NCBI GenBank assembly: GCA_014240455.1
Contig: JAAZWY010000003.1
Coordinates: forward strand, 1,327 to 65,326
Reading direction: 5' to 3'
Source: Nanobdellota archaeon
Lineage (GTDB): Archaea; Nanobdellota; Nanobdellia; UBA10117; ARS21
DNA length: 64,000 nt
Both the position numbers and the translations under genes were made by a program. The notes under the pieces were generated by a model, which searched no databases, was not told the origin of the DNA, and saw nothing but the letters and a program-made list of their open reading frames with translations. Below are positions 9,570 through 19,190 of the stretch, in pieces (position 1 is the first letter of the stretch; each line of letters begins with the position of its first letter).

Positions 9570-10015
9570 AACAAACTAATTATTCCCAAACTTAAAAGTA
9601 AAGCGATTGTTGTACTAATAATTACACCCAACCCAATAACAAATTTAGATTTACGTTTCTTCAAATTTAAAATGCGAGAAATCGCAATAGCAGTAAATGC
9701 TCCAGTAACTGGCAGAGGAACTGCAACAAATAACAATAATGCCAACTCTTCCCAAGTCTCAAACTGTTTAGTATATTTCTTTATTTTCCGTTCAAACCGT
9801 TTACCAAATAGTCGATAAACCCAATCAGAAAAATGAGCTAAATCCAACAACCAAAAAGTAATTGGAATAATAATTAAATTCCCCAAGATTGCAAGAGGAA
9901 AAACATACCACAAATTCAATCCAGATGCAGCAGCATAAGCAATAGCTCCACGCCCCTCAATAACTGGAGTTCCGCTCATGATAAATGCAATCAAGTATTC
10001 AATCATGATACTCAT
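9566..10015 (-). CDS. small polytopic membrane protein (possibly small multidrug-export family)
   Basis: ORF trimmed to internal M (MSIMIEYL...); 4 predicted TM. Confidence 0.4.
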   Translation of the reverse strand: MSIMIEYLIAFIMSGTPVIEGRGAIAYAAASGLNLWYVFPLAILGNLIIIPITFWLLDLAHFSDWVYRLFGKRFERKIKKYTKQFETWEELALLLFVAVPLPVTGAFTAIAISRILNLKKRKSKFVIGLGVIISTTIALLLSLGIISLL

Positions 10016-10057
10016 TACTTCAAAAGATTTATAAACCACTCTCAACAGACCAACCAC

Positions 10058-10216
10058 ATGGCAAAAACATGCATCACAACTGGAATGAATACAGTCAACG
10101 AAGAAGGAACAGTTAGTTTTACTTGTCCAAGTTGCAAAGAAGTAATCACTCGTTCTGGTTTTGCAAGAAAGAACGCACTGCCATACAAATGTAAGTGCGG
10201 TCACGAGGGACCATAA
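10058..10216 (+). CDS. small Zn-ribbon protein (COG2888-like, translation-associated) upstream of EF-1beta
   Basis: 52 aa MAKTCITTGM...CPSC...CKCGHEGP; stop overlaps EF1B ATG (taATGg); not in ORF track because <60 aa. Confidence 0.55.
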   Translation: MAKTCITTGMNTVNEEGTVSFTCPSCKEVITRSGFARKNALPYKCKCGHEGP

Positions 10217-10494
10217 TGGCAACAGTAGGAGTAATTATACAAGTAGTACCAGGAAGTCCTGATGCAGATTTTGATAAAATCTCAGAAGAATGTTCTAAAC
10301 TTATCAAGGCTTACGCTGAAACTGAAAGAGTAGACGTAAAGCTTGAACCTTTAGCTTTCGGATTAAAGGCAATCAAATTGCTTTTCTTAATGGAAGAAGA
10401 AAAAGGTGATACTGAACCTCTTGAAGATCAATTAAAGAAAGTTGATGGCGTACAAAACGCTGAAACAATTGATGTTCGAAGAACAATTGGATAG
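10216..10494 (+). CDS. ef1b: translation elongation factor 1-beta (aEF-1beta)
   Basis: MATVGVIIQVVPGSPDADFDKI...LAFGLKAI...VDVRR pattern of aEF1B. Confidence 0.8.
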   Translation: MATVGVIIQVVPGSPDADFDKISEECSKLIKAYAETERVDVKLEPLAFGLKAIKLLFLMEEEKGDTEPLEDQLKKVDGVQNAETIDVRRTIG

Positions 10495-10524
10495 ACTTTT
10501 ATCTTATTTCAACAAAGCAGTTTA

Positions 10525-11526
10525 ATGGGAATTCCTCTCAGAGATATAGTCTCAAAAAGAGAAATAGCTATCGACGAATTACACGGAAAGCGTTTAGCAT
10601 TTGACGGATACAATGTGCTATATCAATTTCTATCCGCAATTCGAGGACCAGACGGAACTCCATTAAAAAACTCAGACGGAAAAATAACTTCACATTTATT
10701 GGGACTTTTAGCACGAACAACAAAACTAATGGAATTAGGTGTCAAACCAGTTTTCGTTTTTGATGGAAAAGCTCCAGACTTAAAACTAGAAACAATAGAA
10801 AAACGTAAAGCCATAAAACTAGCTGCAGCAGAAAAATTAAAGAAAGCAACTGAAGACGGAGACACAGAATTAATGAAAAAATACGCTCAACAAACTTCAA
10901 GACTAACTGCAGACATGGTTTCAGAGTCAAGAGAAATGCTCCATGCGATGGGCGTTCCAACAGTCCAAGCACTGGGAGATGGGGAAGCTCAAGCAGCATT
11001 CATGGCAATCAAAGGAGACGTTTGGGGAGTAGCATCACAAGATTATGATTCATTACTTTTCGGAGCTCCAAGATTAATTAGAAACTTAACAATATCACAA
11101 AGAAGAAGAGTTGCAGGAACAAGATCAACAGTTGTAGTAAGACCAGAAATTGTAGATCTAACTGACACATTAACAAATCTTGAAATTGACCGAGGAAAAT
11201 TAATTGACGCAGCAATTTTAATCGGCACAGATTTCAATCAAGGAGTTAGAGGAATTGGACCAAAGACTTCAATGAAGATCGTAAGAGAAGATAACTTCAA
11301 TGAACACAAAGAAAAAGTTCCAAGATACCAACAAGTTAGAGACATATTTCTAAACTCTCCACAAGTTTCAGATTATTCATTGAAATGGCCGGGAGTAAAT
11401 AAAAAGAAATTAAGAGAACTTCTAACAGCAAATAGATTCTCGGAACAGAGAATTGACAAAGCAATAAAAGCACTTCAAAAAGCACACAAACAATTCAGTC
11501 AGTCAGGACTCGGAGAGTTTCTATAA
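10525..11526 (+). CDS. fen: flap endonuclease 1 (FEN-1)
   Basis: MGIPLRDIV..ELHGKRLAFDGYNVLYQFL... XPG N/I domains. Confidence 0.9.
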   Translation: MGIPLRDIVSKREIAIDELHGKRLAFDGYNVLYQFLSAIRGPDGTPLKNSDGKITSHLLGLLARTTKLMELGVKPVFVFDGKAPDLKLETIEKRKAIKLAAAEKLKKATEDGDTELMKKYAQQTSRLTADMVSESREMLHAMGVPTVQALGDGEAQAAFMAIKGDVWGVASQDYDSLLFGAPRLIRNLTISQRRRVAGTRSTVVVRPEIVDLTDTLTNLEIDRGKLIDAAILIGTDFNQGVRGIGPKTSMKIVREDNFNEHKEKVPRYQQVRDIFLNSPQVSDYSLKWPGVNKKKLRELLTANRFSEQRIDKAIKALQKAHKQFSQSGLGEFL

Positions 11527-11826
11527 CTTACCTTTCATAATCTCATAATTTCTAACATCCACAATAAGATAAGCAAGTCCGATTCCAATCAAAAAGTACA
11601 TTGCAATCTGAGAATCAATTGATTCAATAACTTTAATCAAACCGACAAGTATTCCAAAGGTAGCAATCTTGAAAAGAGTAAACGCAACCTTTCCACGCTT
11701 TACAAAATATCTCGCCAAAGGATTCAACTCACGTTTGATTCCAAACTTCTTCAAATCAATCCATGTTTCAACTTCATCAATAAACCAAAGAATTCCAAGG
11801 ACGAATAACAAAATATTATTTATCAT
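11521..11826 (-). CDS. hypothetical small membrane protein
   Basis: 101 aa, 3 TM. Confidence 0.4.
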   Translation of the reverse strand: MINNILLFVLGILWFIDEVETWIDLKKFGIKRELNPLARYFVKRGKVAFTLFKIATFGILVGLIKVIESIDSQIAMYFLIGIGLAYLIVDVRNYEIMKGKL

Positions 11827-12887
11827 ATCAAATAGTTCTCAATCTTAATTTTACTACGATTCTTTCTATGTTGAGCAAAGAACTTCTTAGCCTTAGAAAT
11901 TGTATAACTCTTCAACTCACCAGTCATCATTTCACCAGACTTATAGCTCTTGTAAATCTCAGCAAGTTTATTATCATCTTCTTCAAGGAAAAATTTCAAA
12001 TATTGGAAGCTAGCATCAATATCTGGATTTCCACCATATTTCTTATGTGCAGACAAAGTTTCTCGACCACCTGAAAATGCTCGTTTAATCTTTCTTTCAA
12101 TTTCAGCATCTGAATCATCAGCATACAACGCAGACTTAGGATCGCTTGAACTCATCTTAACTCCACCGCTTAATCCCGGTAAAAATTTAAGAGTTAAAGC
12201 CCCGGGTTTCTTCAGACCCATTCTTTCCGCAACATCTCTAGCCAATCTAACAAATGGATCTTGATCAATTGCAGTAATCATAATAGTGGGAACTTTACGT
12301 TTAAACGTAGGATATAAAATGTGAGCAATTTGAACTGCGGGATAAAAGAAACTGCCAATATTCTTACTATCTTTGAAACCCATAACTGCTTTCACAGTTG
12401 AAAGAGTAATCTTTGAACTTGCATTAATTGCAAGATTGTAAACATCTTGATTCATATGTTTCAAGTCAAACATAATTTTGGTCTTCTTAGGATCAAATCC
12501 TAATGCAAGAATATCTTTAGAATTCTCAATAGCCATCTTTTGAGTTTTAACATAATCAGTTCCTTTAACTAATATTTTCTCATCATCCGAGAACGGAATA
12601 AAAACAAAACAACCATGTTTCTTCTGCAAATCTGCAACAGCCTTGAACATAGCCAAATGTGCAATATGCATTTTTTCAGAAGGTCCTCGACCGGAAACAA
12701 TTGCAAACTTTCCTTTCAGAATTTTATTCAAATCTCGATGAGCGTAAAAAGCTCCACGTTTCAAAAGTAAATTCTCGGTTCCAAGTTTCTTCAAAATCCC
12801 CGGAGTCATTTTAGATACTCCAAATTGCTTAACCAATTTTTCATAATCAATGTTACCTGAAACCTCATAAGGATTTACTTTTGCCAT
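11823..12887 (-). CDS. trpS: tryptophanyl-tRNA synthetase (archaeal/eukaryotic type)
   Basis: GRGPSEKMHIAHL, KMSSSDP, AFSGGRET, GGNPDIDASFQYLKFFLEEDD, TGELK; ORF-track start is a TTG, ATG at 12887 preferred. Confidence 0.85.
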   Translation of the reverse strand: MAKVNPYEVSGNIDYEKLVKQFGVSKMTPGILKKLGTENLLLKRGAFYAHRDLNKILKGKFAIVSGRGPSEKMHIAHLAMFKAVADLQKKHGCFVFIPFSDDEKILVKGTDYVKTQKMAIENSKDILALGFDPKKTKIMFDLKHMNQDVYNLAINASSKITLSTVKAVMGFKDSKNIGSFFYPAVQIAHILYPTFKRKVPTIMITAIDQDPFVRLARDVAERMGLKKPGALTLKFLPGLSGGVKMSSSDPKSALYADDSDAEIERKIKRAFSGGRETLSAHKKYGGNPDIDASFQYLKFFLEEDDNKLAEIYKSYKSGEMMTGELKSYTISKAKKFFAQHRKNRSKIKIENYLI

Positions 12888-12958
12888 GAAAACATTAGAA
12901 ATTAGATGTTTAAATAACTTAGGACAACAATTAAATACAATCAACAATTTTCAATAAT

Positions 12959-13624
12959 ATGCGTAGGCGCAAAAGCAAGTCACAATTCAAAATACATCAA
13001 ATCTCAACAATAATTTTAGTATTAATAGCATTGTTTGTTCCATTTCAGGATTTTGATGACGATAGTCTTTCAACTTACAATGAATATCTAATACATAAGA
13101 CTGATCCATTTAATCCAGATTCAGATTTTGATCAATTGCTTGACGGAAAGGAAGTACTGTTACACTTGAGTAATCCAAATCTAAATGATTCTGATGGAGA
13201 TGGATTAACTGACGGCGAAGAAATACAAATTTACAGGACAGACCCAGCGTCAGACGATACAGATAGTGATGGTTTGGAAGACTATTATGAATTATTTGAA
13301 AGTTTAACAAACATAACAAATCCAGACTCTGACGGAGACGGTTTAACTGACGGAGCAGAAATAAAGATTCACAAAACTGATCCACTTGATCGAGATACAG
13401 ACAATGATCATCTTTCAGACAGTTATGAATTAGAACCAAAACCAATTGGACCTTCAGGTGGAGAAACCGTAGAATGTGAAGAAGGGTACTACGTTGGATC
13501 AGATCCACTAAATCCAAATACTTATGGAATAACTGGAGGAGATATAGAACTTGCAAATTCAAGAAACGCATGTATTAATCCGACGTGTGGAAAGATAACT
13601 AAGCGAGAAGGTTATTGTACTTAA
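12959..13624 (+). CDS. membrane-anchored protein with thrombospondin-type-3-like Ca-binding repeats
   Basis: N-terminal TM; three NPDSDGDGLTDGxEI.I..TDP repeats; Cys-rich C-terminus. Confidence 0.55.
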   Translation: MRRRKSKSQFKIHQISTIILVLIALFVPFQDFDDDSLSTYNEYLIHKTDPFNPDSDFDQLLDGKEVLLHLSNPNLNDSDGDGLTDGEEIQIYRTDPASDDTDSDGLEDYYELFESLTNITNPDSDGDGLTDGAEIKIHKTDPLDRDTDNDHLSDSYELEPKPIGPSGGETVECEEGYYVGSDPLNPNTYGITGGDIELANSRNACINPTCGKITKREGYCT

Positions 13625-13672
13625 TTTTTTAAAATTATATTTTTGGTACAGATTTTTATGAAAAAAATAATA

Positions 13673-13746
13673 TGGGGACACAGGGATTCGAACCCCGATC
13701 AGCCGGTCTGGAACCGGCTACACTAACCAGATTATGCTATGCCCCC
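13673..13746 (-). tRNA. tRNA-Trp (anticodon CCA)
   Basis: minus-strand cloverleaf: acceptor GGGGGCA/TGTCCCC, anticodon stem GCCGG/CCGGC loop TTCCAGA, T-loop TTCGAAT. Confidence 0.85.
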
Positions 13747-13781
13747 AGTAAAGAAATCACCAAATTCTTGATTTAAAAGCT

Positions 13782-14807
13782 TTAGGTTGACTGCATCTCA
13801 AAACAATATCGCCACATTTTAGGACCATACGCACCAGCTTTTACAACATCAAAAACCTTCAACGAATGCCTTTTTTCAAGTTTAACTTTGAACTTATCAA
13901 CTTCACTTTCATTCAAAATAGAATACATATGAATTATAGTCCCTTTCTTGGAAACCATCAATGCATCAACTAAGAATTCAGCATTATCAAAAGGAAGGAC
14001 CATTACAATTCTATCAAACTTTTTCTTTAATTTAGGAATAACTTTACGAACATCTCCACTAAGTGAATGAACTCTTTTTCCCAATTTATTCAACTTAATA
14101 TTTTCTTCAGCCAACTCCACTGCATGAGGATTCCACTCAACATTCCAAACTTCAACACCCGGATTCTTCTTAGCAATCACAATTCCATAAGGCGCAATTC
14201 CTGAAAACATAACTAATACCTTCTCTTTCTTTCCAACCAACTTTGAAATCCTTAATCTTTCTTTCCCAAGTCGCGGAGAAAAGTAAACAGTATTCAAATC
14301 AACTTTTAATCGAACTCCAGCTTCACGATGAATAGTTTCACTACGGTTTTCACCATCCAAAACCGTAATTGGTCTGATTCGATATTTACCAGAATATTTC
14401 TCAGCCCGTTTTGCAACAACATTTATACGGGGATTAATTCTACCTAAAGTTCGAGCAATAACTTTCTCATATTTTCCCAAACCTCGAGGAATTTCCAAAA
14501 CTGCAATATCACCGATCTGATCAAAACTGCGAGGGAACTTTCCAGCCAAAGAAGAAGGCAAGATTTTACCCAAAGCTTCCTTCAATCCAGTAACTGGTTT
14601 CGAAACTTTGCGAAGATTTCTATCAACAATTTTCCCGCCAAACTCCTTAACAATTCCGCGAGATTTCTTCAAAGGAAACAGCAAAAAATTCCCAGTCTTT
14701 CCGAGAACATAAGAATTATCCAAAGCGTCCATTTCTATCAATTTCTTTCGGACTTTCTCGCCACCAACTTTGGAGATCTTCAAGACTTTAACCATATTAG
14801 TAGTCAT
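13782..14807 (-). CDS. trm5: tRNA (m1G37) methyltransferase Trm5/Taw2 family
   Basis: class I SAM MTase (Met-10-like) architecture. Confidence 0.7.
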   Translation of the reverse strand: MTTNMVKVLKISKVGGEKVRKKLIEMDALDNSYVLGKTGNFLLFPLKKSRGIVKEFGGKIVDRNLRKVSKPVTGLKEALGKILPSSLAGKFPRSFDQIGDIAVLEIPRGLGKYEKVIARTLGRINPRINVVAKRAEKYSGKYRIRPITVLDGENRSETIHREAGVRLKVDLNTVYFSPRLGKERLRISKLVGKKEKVLVMFSGIAPYGIVIAKKNPGVEVWNVEWNPHAVELAEENIKLNKLGKRVHSLSGDVRKVIPKLKKKFDRIVMVLPFDNAEFLVDALMVSKKGTIIHMYSILNESEVDKFKVKLEKRHSLKVFDVVKAGAYGPKMWRYCFEMQST

Positions 14808-14845
14808 TTCACTACTCTTATAAAAGCTCTATTTCGGATATAAGC

Positions 14846-15571
14846 ATGCTAAACCTAGTAGGACTCGGATTAAGCTTGAAAGACATTTCAGTCAAAGGAA
14901 TCGAAGCTATAAACAAATCCGATGAAGTTTACATAGAAAGTTACACTTCTTTATCAGATTACACAATTAAAGAACTAGAATCTTTTCTTAAAAAAGAAAT
15001 AAAAATTCTACACCGTTCAGAAGTTGAAGAAGAAAAACCATTCTTCCAAAAAGACAAAAATATTACATTATTAATTTACGGAGATCCTTTATCTGCAACA
15101 ACTCACACAGAAATTTTACAAGAAGCAAAGAAACAAAATATAAAAACAAACATAATTCAAGCAGTATCAATTTTCACCGCAATTGCAAGAACAGGATTAC
15201 AATTATACAAGTTCGGAAAGACTGCATCAATTCCATTTTGGACTGAAAACTACAAACCAGAATCATTCTTTGATTTACTTGAACAAAATGCTTCAATCGG
15301 AGCACACACATTATTTTTACTAGATTTAAATCCAAAGGATAATAAGTTCCTATCAATCAAAGAAGCACTAGAAGTATTACAAAAAATAGCAGAAAAACGA
15401 AACTTTAAATTAACAAAAGCAATTGGCTGTGCACGTCTAGGATTGGAATCTGAAATAATCAAATATGATACAATTGAAAACCTCAAAAAACACGACTTTG
15501 GAAAAGCACCATTTTGCCTAATTTTGCCAGGCAAATTAAATTTCTCAGAAGAAGAATTTATTCCCAATTAA
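14846..15571 (+). CDS. dph5: diphthine synthase (Dph5)
   Basis: MLNLVGLGL..DISVKGIEAINKSDEVYIESYTS... tetrapyrrole-methylase fold typical of DphB. Confidence 0.85.
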   Translation: MLNLVGLGLSLKDISVKGIEAINKSDEVYIESYTSLSDYTIKELESFLKKEIKILHRSEVEEEKPFFQKDKNITLLIYGDPLSATTHTEILQEAKKQNIKTNIIQAVSIFTAIARTGLQLYKFGKTASIPFWTENYKPESFFDLLEQNASIGAHTLFLLDLNPKDNKFLSIKEALEVLQKIAEKRNFKLTKAIGCARLGLESEIIKYDTIENLKKHDFGKAPFCLILPGKLNFSEEEFIPN

Positions 15572-16397
15572 CTCCTTGTGAACCCCAAAAATCTTCATCT
15601 TTTTCTTCAGCTTCTTCAGAAGTATTTTCCATGGACAATTCTTCATCCATTAACTCAAACCAACCTTTAAGAAAGTTATCTCGAGCTTCGCGAGATTTTT
15701 CCAATTCAACTTCGTCCTTAACCAATTGCTGTTTTAATGAAGACATATTAAACTCAAGAGTCTTAAATAGCGAAATTATGGTTCCGCCACTTGACTTAAT
15801 TTTCCGTAGTTCTTCAATATGTTCCATCGTACGAGTTATGTTTCCATCAAGACTTTCTTTTACACTCTCAACCGTACGACGATGAGCCTCAATATATCTC
15901 TTCACTTTTCCAGAAATAAGCTCAACTTGATAAAAAATGTTATCCCATTGTTTACTGAAGATATCAACATTAGAACTCAATTTTTGTCTATATTCTTCCG
16001 ATTTATCTTTAGCCAATTCAATTTTCTGCTCCATATCTTCATCTTGCTGCTCTTCTCTTGTTAATATCTGATTCAATTGTTTTTCAAAAGCACCCAACTC
16101 CTTTTCAAACTCTTCCATCTTGAGAATCATTTCTTGTTCTTCTTTCTCAACTTCTTCAAGACTTTTACCAGACGCTTGACCAGATTCTTCAATCTTCTCA
16201 GCTTCCTCTCCAACTTTCTCCGCAATCTGAGCCTCACTCAGATCTTCAGCAACCTCGGCAATACGCTCTTCAACAAATTTTTCTTCCTTTTCCTCTTCTT
16301 TCAAATCTTTCTTAACTTCAGCCTCTTCTTTCTCCACAGGCTTCTTTCTCCTAAAAATTCCAAAAATCCACTTAAATAAGTTGGACAAAGTTCCCAT
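15558..16397 (-). CDS. acidic coiled-coil protein with N-terminal LFKWIFGIFRRKKP motif
   Basis: 279 aa, Glu/Lys-rich heptads; N-terminal motif shared with 775, 19191, 21347(-) genes. Confidence 0.5.
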   Translation of the reverse strand: MGTLSNLFKWIFGIFRRKKPVEKEEAEVKKDLKEEEKEEKFVEERIAEVAEDLSEAQIAEKVGEEAEKIEESGQASGKSLEEVEKEEQEMILKMEEFEKELGAFEKQLNQILTREEQQDEDMEQKIELAKDKSEEYRQKLSSNVDIFSKQWDNIFYQVELISGKVKRYIEAHRRTVESVKESLDGNITRTMEHIEELRKIKSSGGTIISLFKTLEFNMSSLKQQLVKDEVELEKSREARDNFLKGWFELMDEELSMENTSEEAEEKDEDFWGSQGVNWE

Positions 16398-16456
16398 ATT
16401 ATCTAAAAACCGTCTTCAAATATTAATCTTGCGAACACAAACTATTAAATTCTTGA

Positions 16457-16861
16457 GTGATTCAACTTTTTATGAGTATACATTTTGACAAAGTAACAAG
16501 AAGAACCAAACATATGCGAGAAGCAAAATTAAAAATGTCAGAATTTAAACTAGCATTAGATCAAATTGATCATTATACTCGAATAGAAAAAGATGCACTT
16601 CAAGCATTACAATCTTCACTCAGTCAAAAGAGAGCAGTTATGTCAAGATATGTTAGCGCAACTCGTCAAATGAAATCTGGACACATGGATGAACGAGAAT
16701 TCAAAGAGCTCAGAAACGAACTAAGACGAGAACTTAAAGCAATAAACTCTGAAGTAAAAGAAATGAAACGCACAGACAAGCGAGTTCACCAAAAACTAAG
16801 AGAACCAATGAGAAACTTCAAAGACTCATTCAAAGCATTCAAAAGACTTCTAAGATCTTAA
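16457..16861 (+). CDS. basic coiled-coil hypothetical protein
   Basis: 134 aa, K/R-rich helical. Confidence 0.4.
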   Translation: MIQLFMSIHFDKVTRRTKHMREAKLKMSEFKLALDQIDHYTRIEKDALQALQSSLSQKRAVMSRYVSATRQMKSGHMDEREFKELRNELRRELKAINSEVKEMKRTDKRVHQKLREPMRNFKDSFKAFKRLLRS

Positions 16862-16900
16862 CCGAGTAACCTTTTTATAGAAAAACAAACTAAGAAAACC

Positions 16901-17932
16901 ATGCGTAAGAAGCTAGCACTATTTTCATCACTCTTAGCACTTCCTGTAGCATTCGCACAACAACAAGACATATCACTATTTCATGACAGTCTACGTAATG
17001 TTTTTGAATTAATTCCTTTAGACATCGCAAACACACTGCTAGCATTCCTTACTGCAACAGCAATAATTCATGGAGCATTAAGTATGACTAAATTGGGAGG
17101 TGGAAACAACGAACCAATGAAGGGAGCAGGAATGATTGCAGGATCATTAGGTGGAACTTTTGGTATATTTGTGTATTTCACCGGATTTGATTTTATTACA
17201 TTTGTAATGCCATTCATTCTACTGCTGTTAGTAATTGTTCTTTTTGCAATAAGTATGGTTTGGTTAATGCCTCCAAATGATCCGCGGGCGGCAGACCGAC
17301 AACGAGGAATAGCACTATTAATTGCAGGAATATTATTAGTTTCATTAAACAGTTCAGTAGTAAAGTTCCAAGAATTTTTATCAGACTTCGCAGCACAAAC
17401 TGGCGCACCAGCATCAAGCAATGCAACTTTAGATATCTTGTTCATCGCAGCACCATTCACAACAATAATTGGAGGAGTTTTGATTATTTGGGGCGCAATT
17501 AAAATAAATAATGCAATGAGAGATGAAACTGAAAATCGAGCAGGAGGATTTATGCATGATTTATTTAATCGATTCACAGGACAAACAACAACGCCACCAC
17601 CACCAGGACCGGCAGCACTAACTGCAGAATTCACTGTACATGACGGAGTCGGTGGACCTGTAATCATACCTGGCGGAGCAGTTACAAGTATGCCAGGACT
17701 GCCAGTCGAATTCATAGGACTGCCAGCACCTGGAGGAACAGGTCCTTATGTTTATACTTGGGACTTCAGCGGAGCACCAGATCACAACGCAGGAATGGTT
17801 CCTGCAGCCGGACCAAATCCAACAATTCAAGTTGAGTTTACAGCACCGGGATTAAAAACAGTAGCATTACATTTAACAGATAGCACAGGAGGAGCTGGAT
17901 CGAATTTCACATTCGATTTCAACGTACTATAA
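16901..17932 (+). CDS. signal-peptide, multi-TM protein with C-terminal PKD domain
   Basis: SP MRKKLALFSSLLALPVAFAQQQ; ~4 TM; C-terminal PYVYTWDFSGAPD...TAPGLKTVALHLTDSTG PKD signature. Confidence 0.6.
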   Translation: MRKKLALFSSLLALPVAFAQQQDISLFHDSLRNVFELIPLDIANTLLAFLTATAIIHGALSMTKLGGGNNEPMKGAGMIAGSLGGTFGIFVYFTGFDFITFVMPFILLLLVIVLFAISMVWLMPPNDPRAADRQRGIALLIAGILLVSLNSSVVKFQEFLSDFAAQTGAPASSNATLDILFIAAPFTTIIGGVLIIWGAIKINNAMRDETENRAGGFMHDLFNRFTGQTTTPPPPGPAALTAEFTVHDGVGGPVIIPGGAVTSMPGLPVEFIGLPAPGGTGPYVYTWDFSGAPDHNAGMVPAAGPNPTIQVEFTAPGLKTVALHLTDSTGGAGSNFTFDFNVL

Positions 17933-17933
17933 A

Positions 17934-19145
17934 ATGACTCAAGTTAATAGAAGCATGACGGGAAAAGTAACTTTCGAGATCCCTACAAATACTCATCTTA
18001 CGAGTTGGTCCAGAAATCCAAACATTAATGCGCAGCTAACTTTGAAAGACAGTGCAGGTTCTGAAGTAAAATTCACTTCTGACGCAACCGGAAAGTTTGA
18101 GCTTGGAAAGCTAAATGAAGGAGATTACACTTATGAGATTGTAGGAATTATAGGCGGAGGAACAACAATAGCAAACAAAATCTCAGGTAGAATTAAAGTA
18201 AACGGTAGAAACGTTTCAGCAAGTGAGTCTCGATCATCCGCAGTCCCTCCAGCAATAGCGCCTCCACCGGGAACAACGCCAGGAACCACCTCGATTGGAT
18301 CTGCAGGAAGTTTGGAAGGAGTATCAATAGCTGAAAGAATGAACGCGCTTAATGACATGTTTCGCGAGAATGTTGCTCCACTGGAACAAGCAAGAGCAAA
18401 TATGGCAATAAGTGAAGAAGAGCAAGAAGCAATTTTAGCTATTTTGTCCGATACAGTAACTGCAGATAATATAAACACTCGAAGAATATCCTTACAAACA
18501 CATTTACAAAAACTAATCAAAGACATTAAGACTGAGGAAGGAACAATTAAAAGTTTAATGGAACATTATGAAATTCATGCAATTTCAGAAACAATCAAAG
18601 GATTAGAAAATGCAGAGCTCCCTCCAACTGAAGCTGAAATCAAAGCAAAGTTCGATTTTCCCAAGGTTGATTCAGGAAAATTCCCAGAGCTTGCGGCAAA
18701 AGCAGAAACGTTTGAGGAAGAAAAGTTAAAGTTAATTGATAACTCCAATTCACTAAAAGATAAAGTGGATGAAGCAAAGACTGCAACAAAAGCTTTTGAC
18801 AAAAAAACATTAAGTGATAACAAGGAAAATCTGAAAAGAATATCAAGATCAAAGGCAAAATATGAAGAAAAACTAACAAAAATCATTGCCGAACTAAATA
18901 GAGGTCCTAATGAAATCAGACTCAATAACCTACAAGGAAGAATTGGAGATTTAATTAGTAAGAATGATACTTCTGCAGACATAACTTCAATAACAAATTT
19001 TGGAACAAAAATGGATGAAGAGATAGAAAAACTAAACAACATTTCCCAAGAAATTGAAGAGTTAATAGAAGCACACAACGAACTTACGAATGGACTAGCA
19101 ATGATTATGAGCGAGTTAGCAGAATTAGCTGAACGCACATCCTAA
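17934..19145 (+). CDS. beta-sandwich (Ig/transthyretin-like) domain plus long coiled-coil protein
   Basis: GKVTFEI...LTLKDSAGSEVKFTSDATGKFELGKLNEGDYTYEIV then Pro/Gly linker and ~250 aa of heptads; start overlaps upstream stop. Confidence 0.5.
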   Translation: MTQVNRSMTGKVTFEIPTNTHLTSWSRNPNINAQLTLKDSAGSEVKFTSDATGKFELGKLNEGDYTYEIVGIIGGGTTIANKISGRIKVNGRNVSASESRSSAVPPAIAPPPGTTPGTTSIGSAGSLEGVSIAERMNALNDMFRENVAPLEQARANMAISEEEQEAILAILSDTVTADNINTRRISLQTHLQKLIKDIKTEEGTIKSLMEHYEIHAISETIKGLENAELPPTEAEIKAKFDFPKVDSGKFPELAAKAETFEEEKLKLIDNSNSLKDKVDEAKTATKAFDKKTLSDNKENLKRISRSKAKYEEKLTKIIAELNRGPNEIRLNNLQGRIGDLISKNDTSADITSITNFGTKMDEEIEKLNNISQEIEELIEAHNELTNGLAMIMSELAELAERTS

Positions 19146-19190
19146 AATAACTCAAGAAACTTTTATATAGTAAACAAGATATAAACTATC

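Noticed and set aside
10623-11237. Minus-strand ORFs within FEN1
   Set aside because: Antisense shadows of a high-confidence gene.
15819-16379. + strand ORFs 15819-16064 and 16077-16379
   Set aside because: Antisense to the acidic coiled-coil gene. Phe/Leu-rich shadow.
17068-17715. 215-aa minus-strand ORF
   Set aside because: Antisense to the PKD membrane protein gene. Pro/Gly-rich artefact of the opposite-strand composition.
18131-19138. Minus-strand ORFs (131, 187, 79 aa) within the 17934-19145 gene
   Set aside because: Antisense shadows of the Glu/Lys-rich coiled-coil gene.
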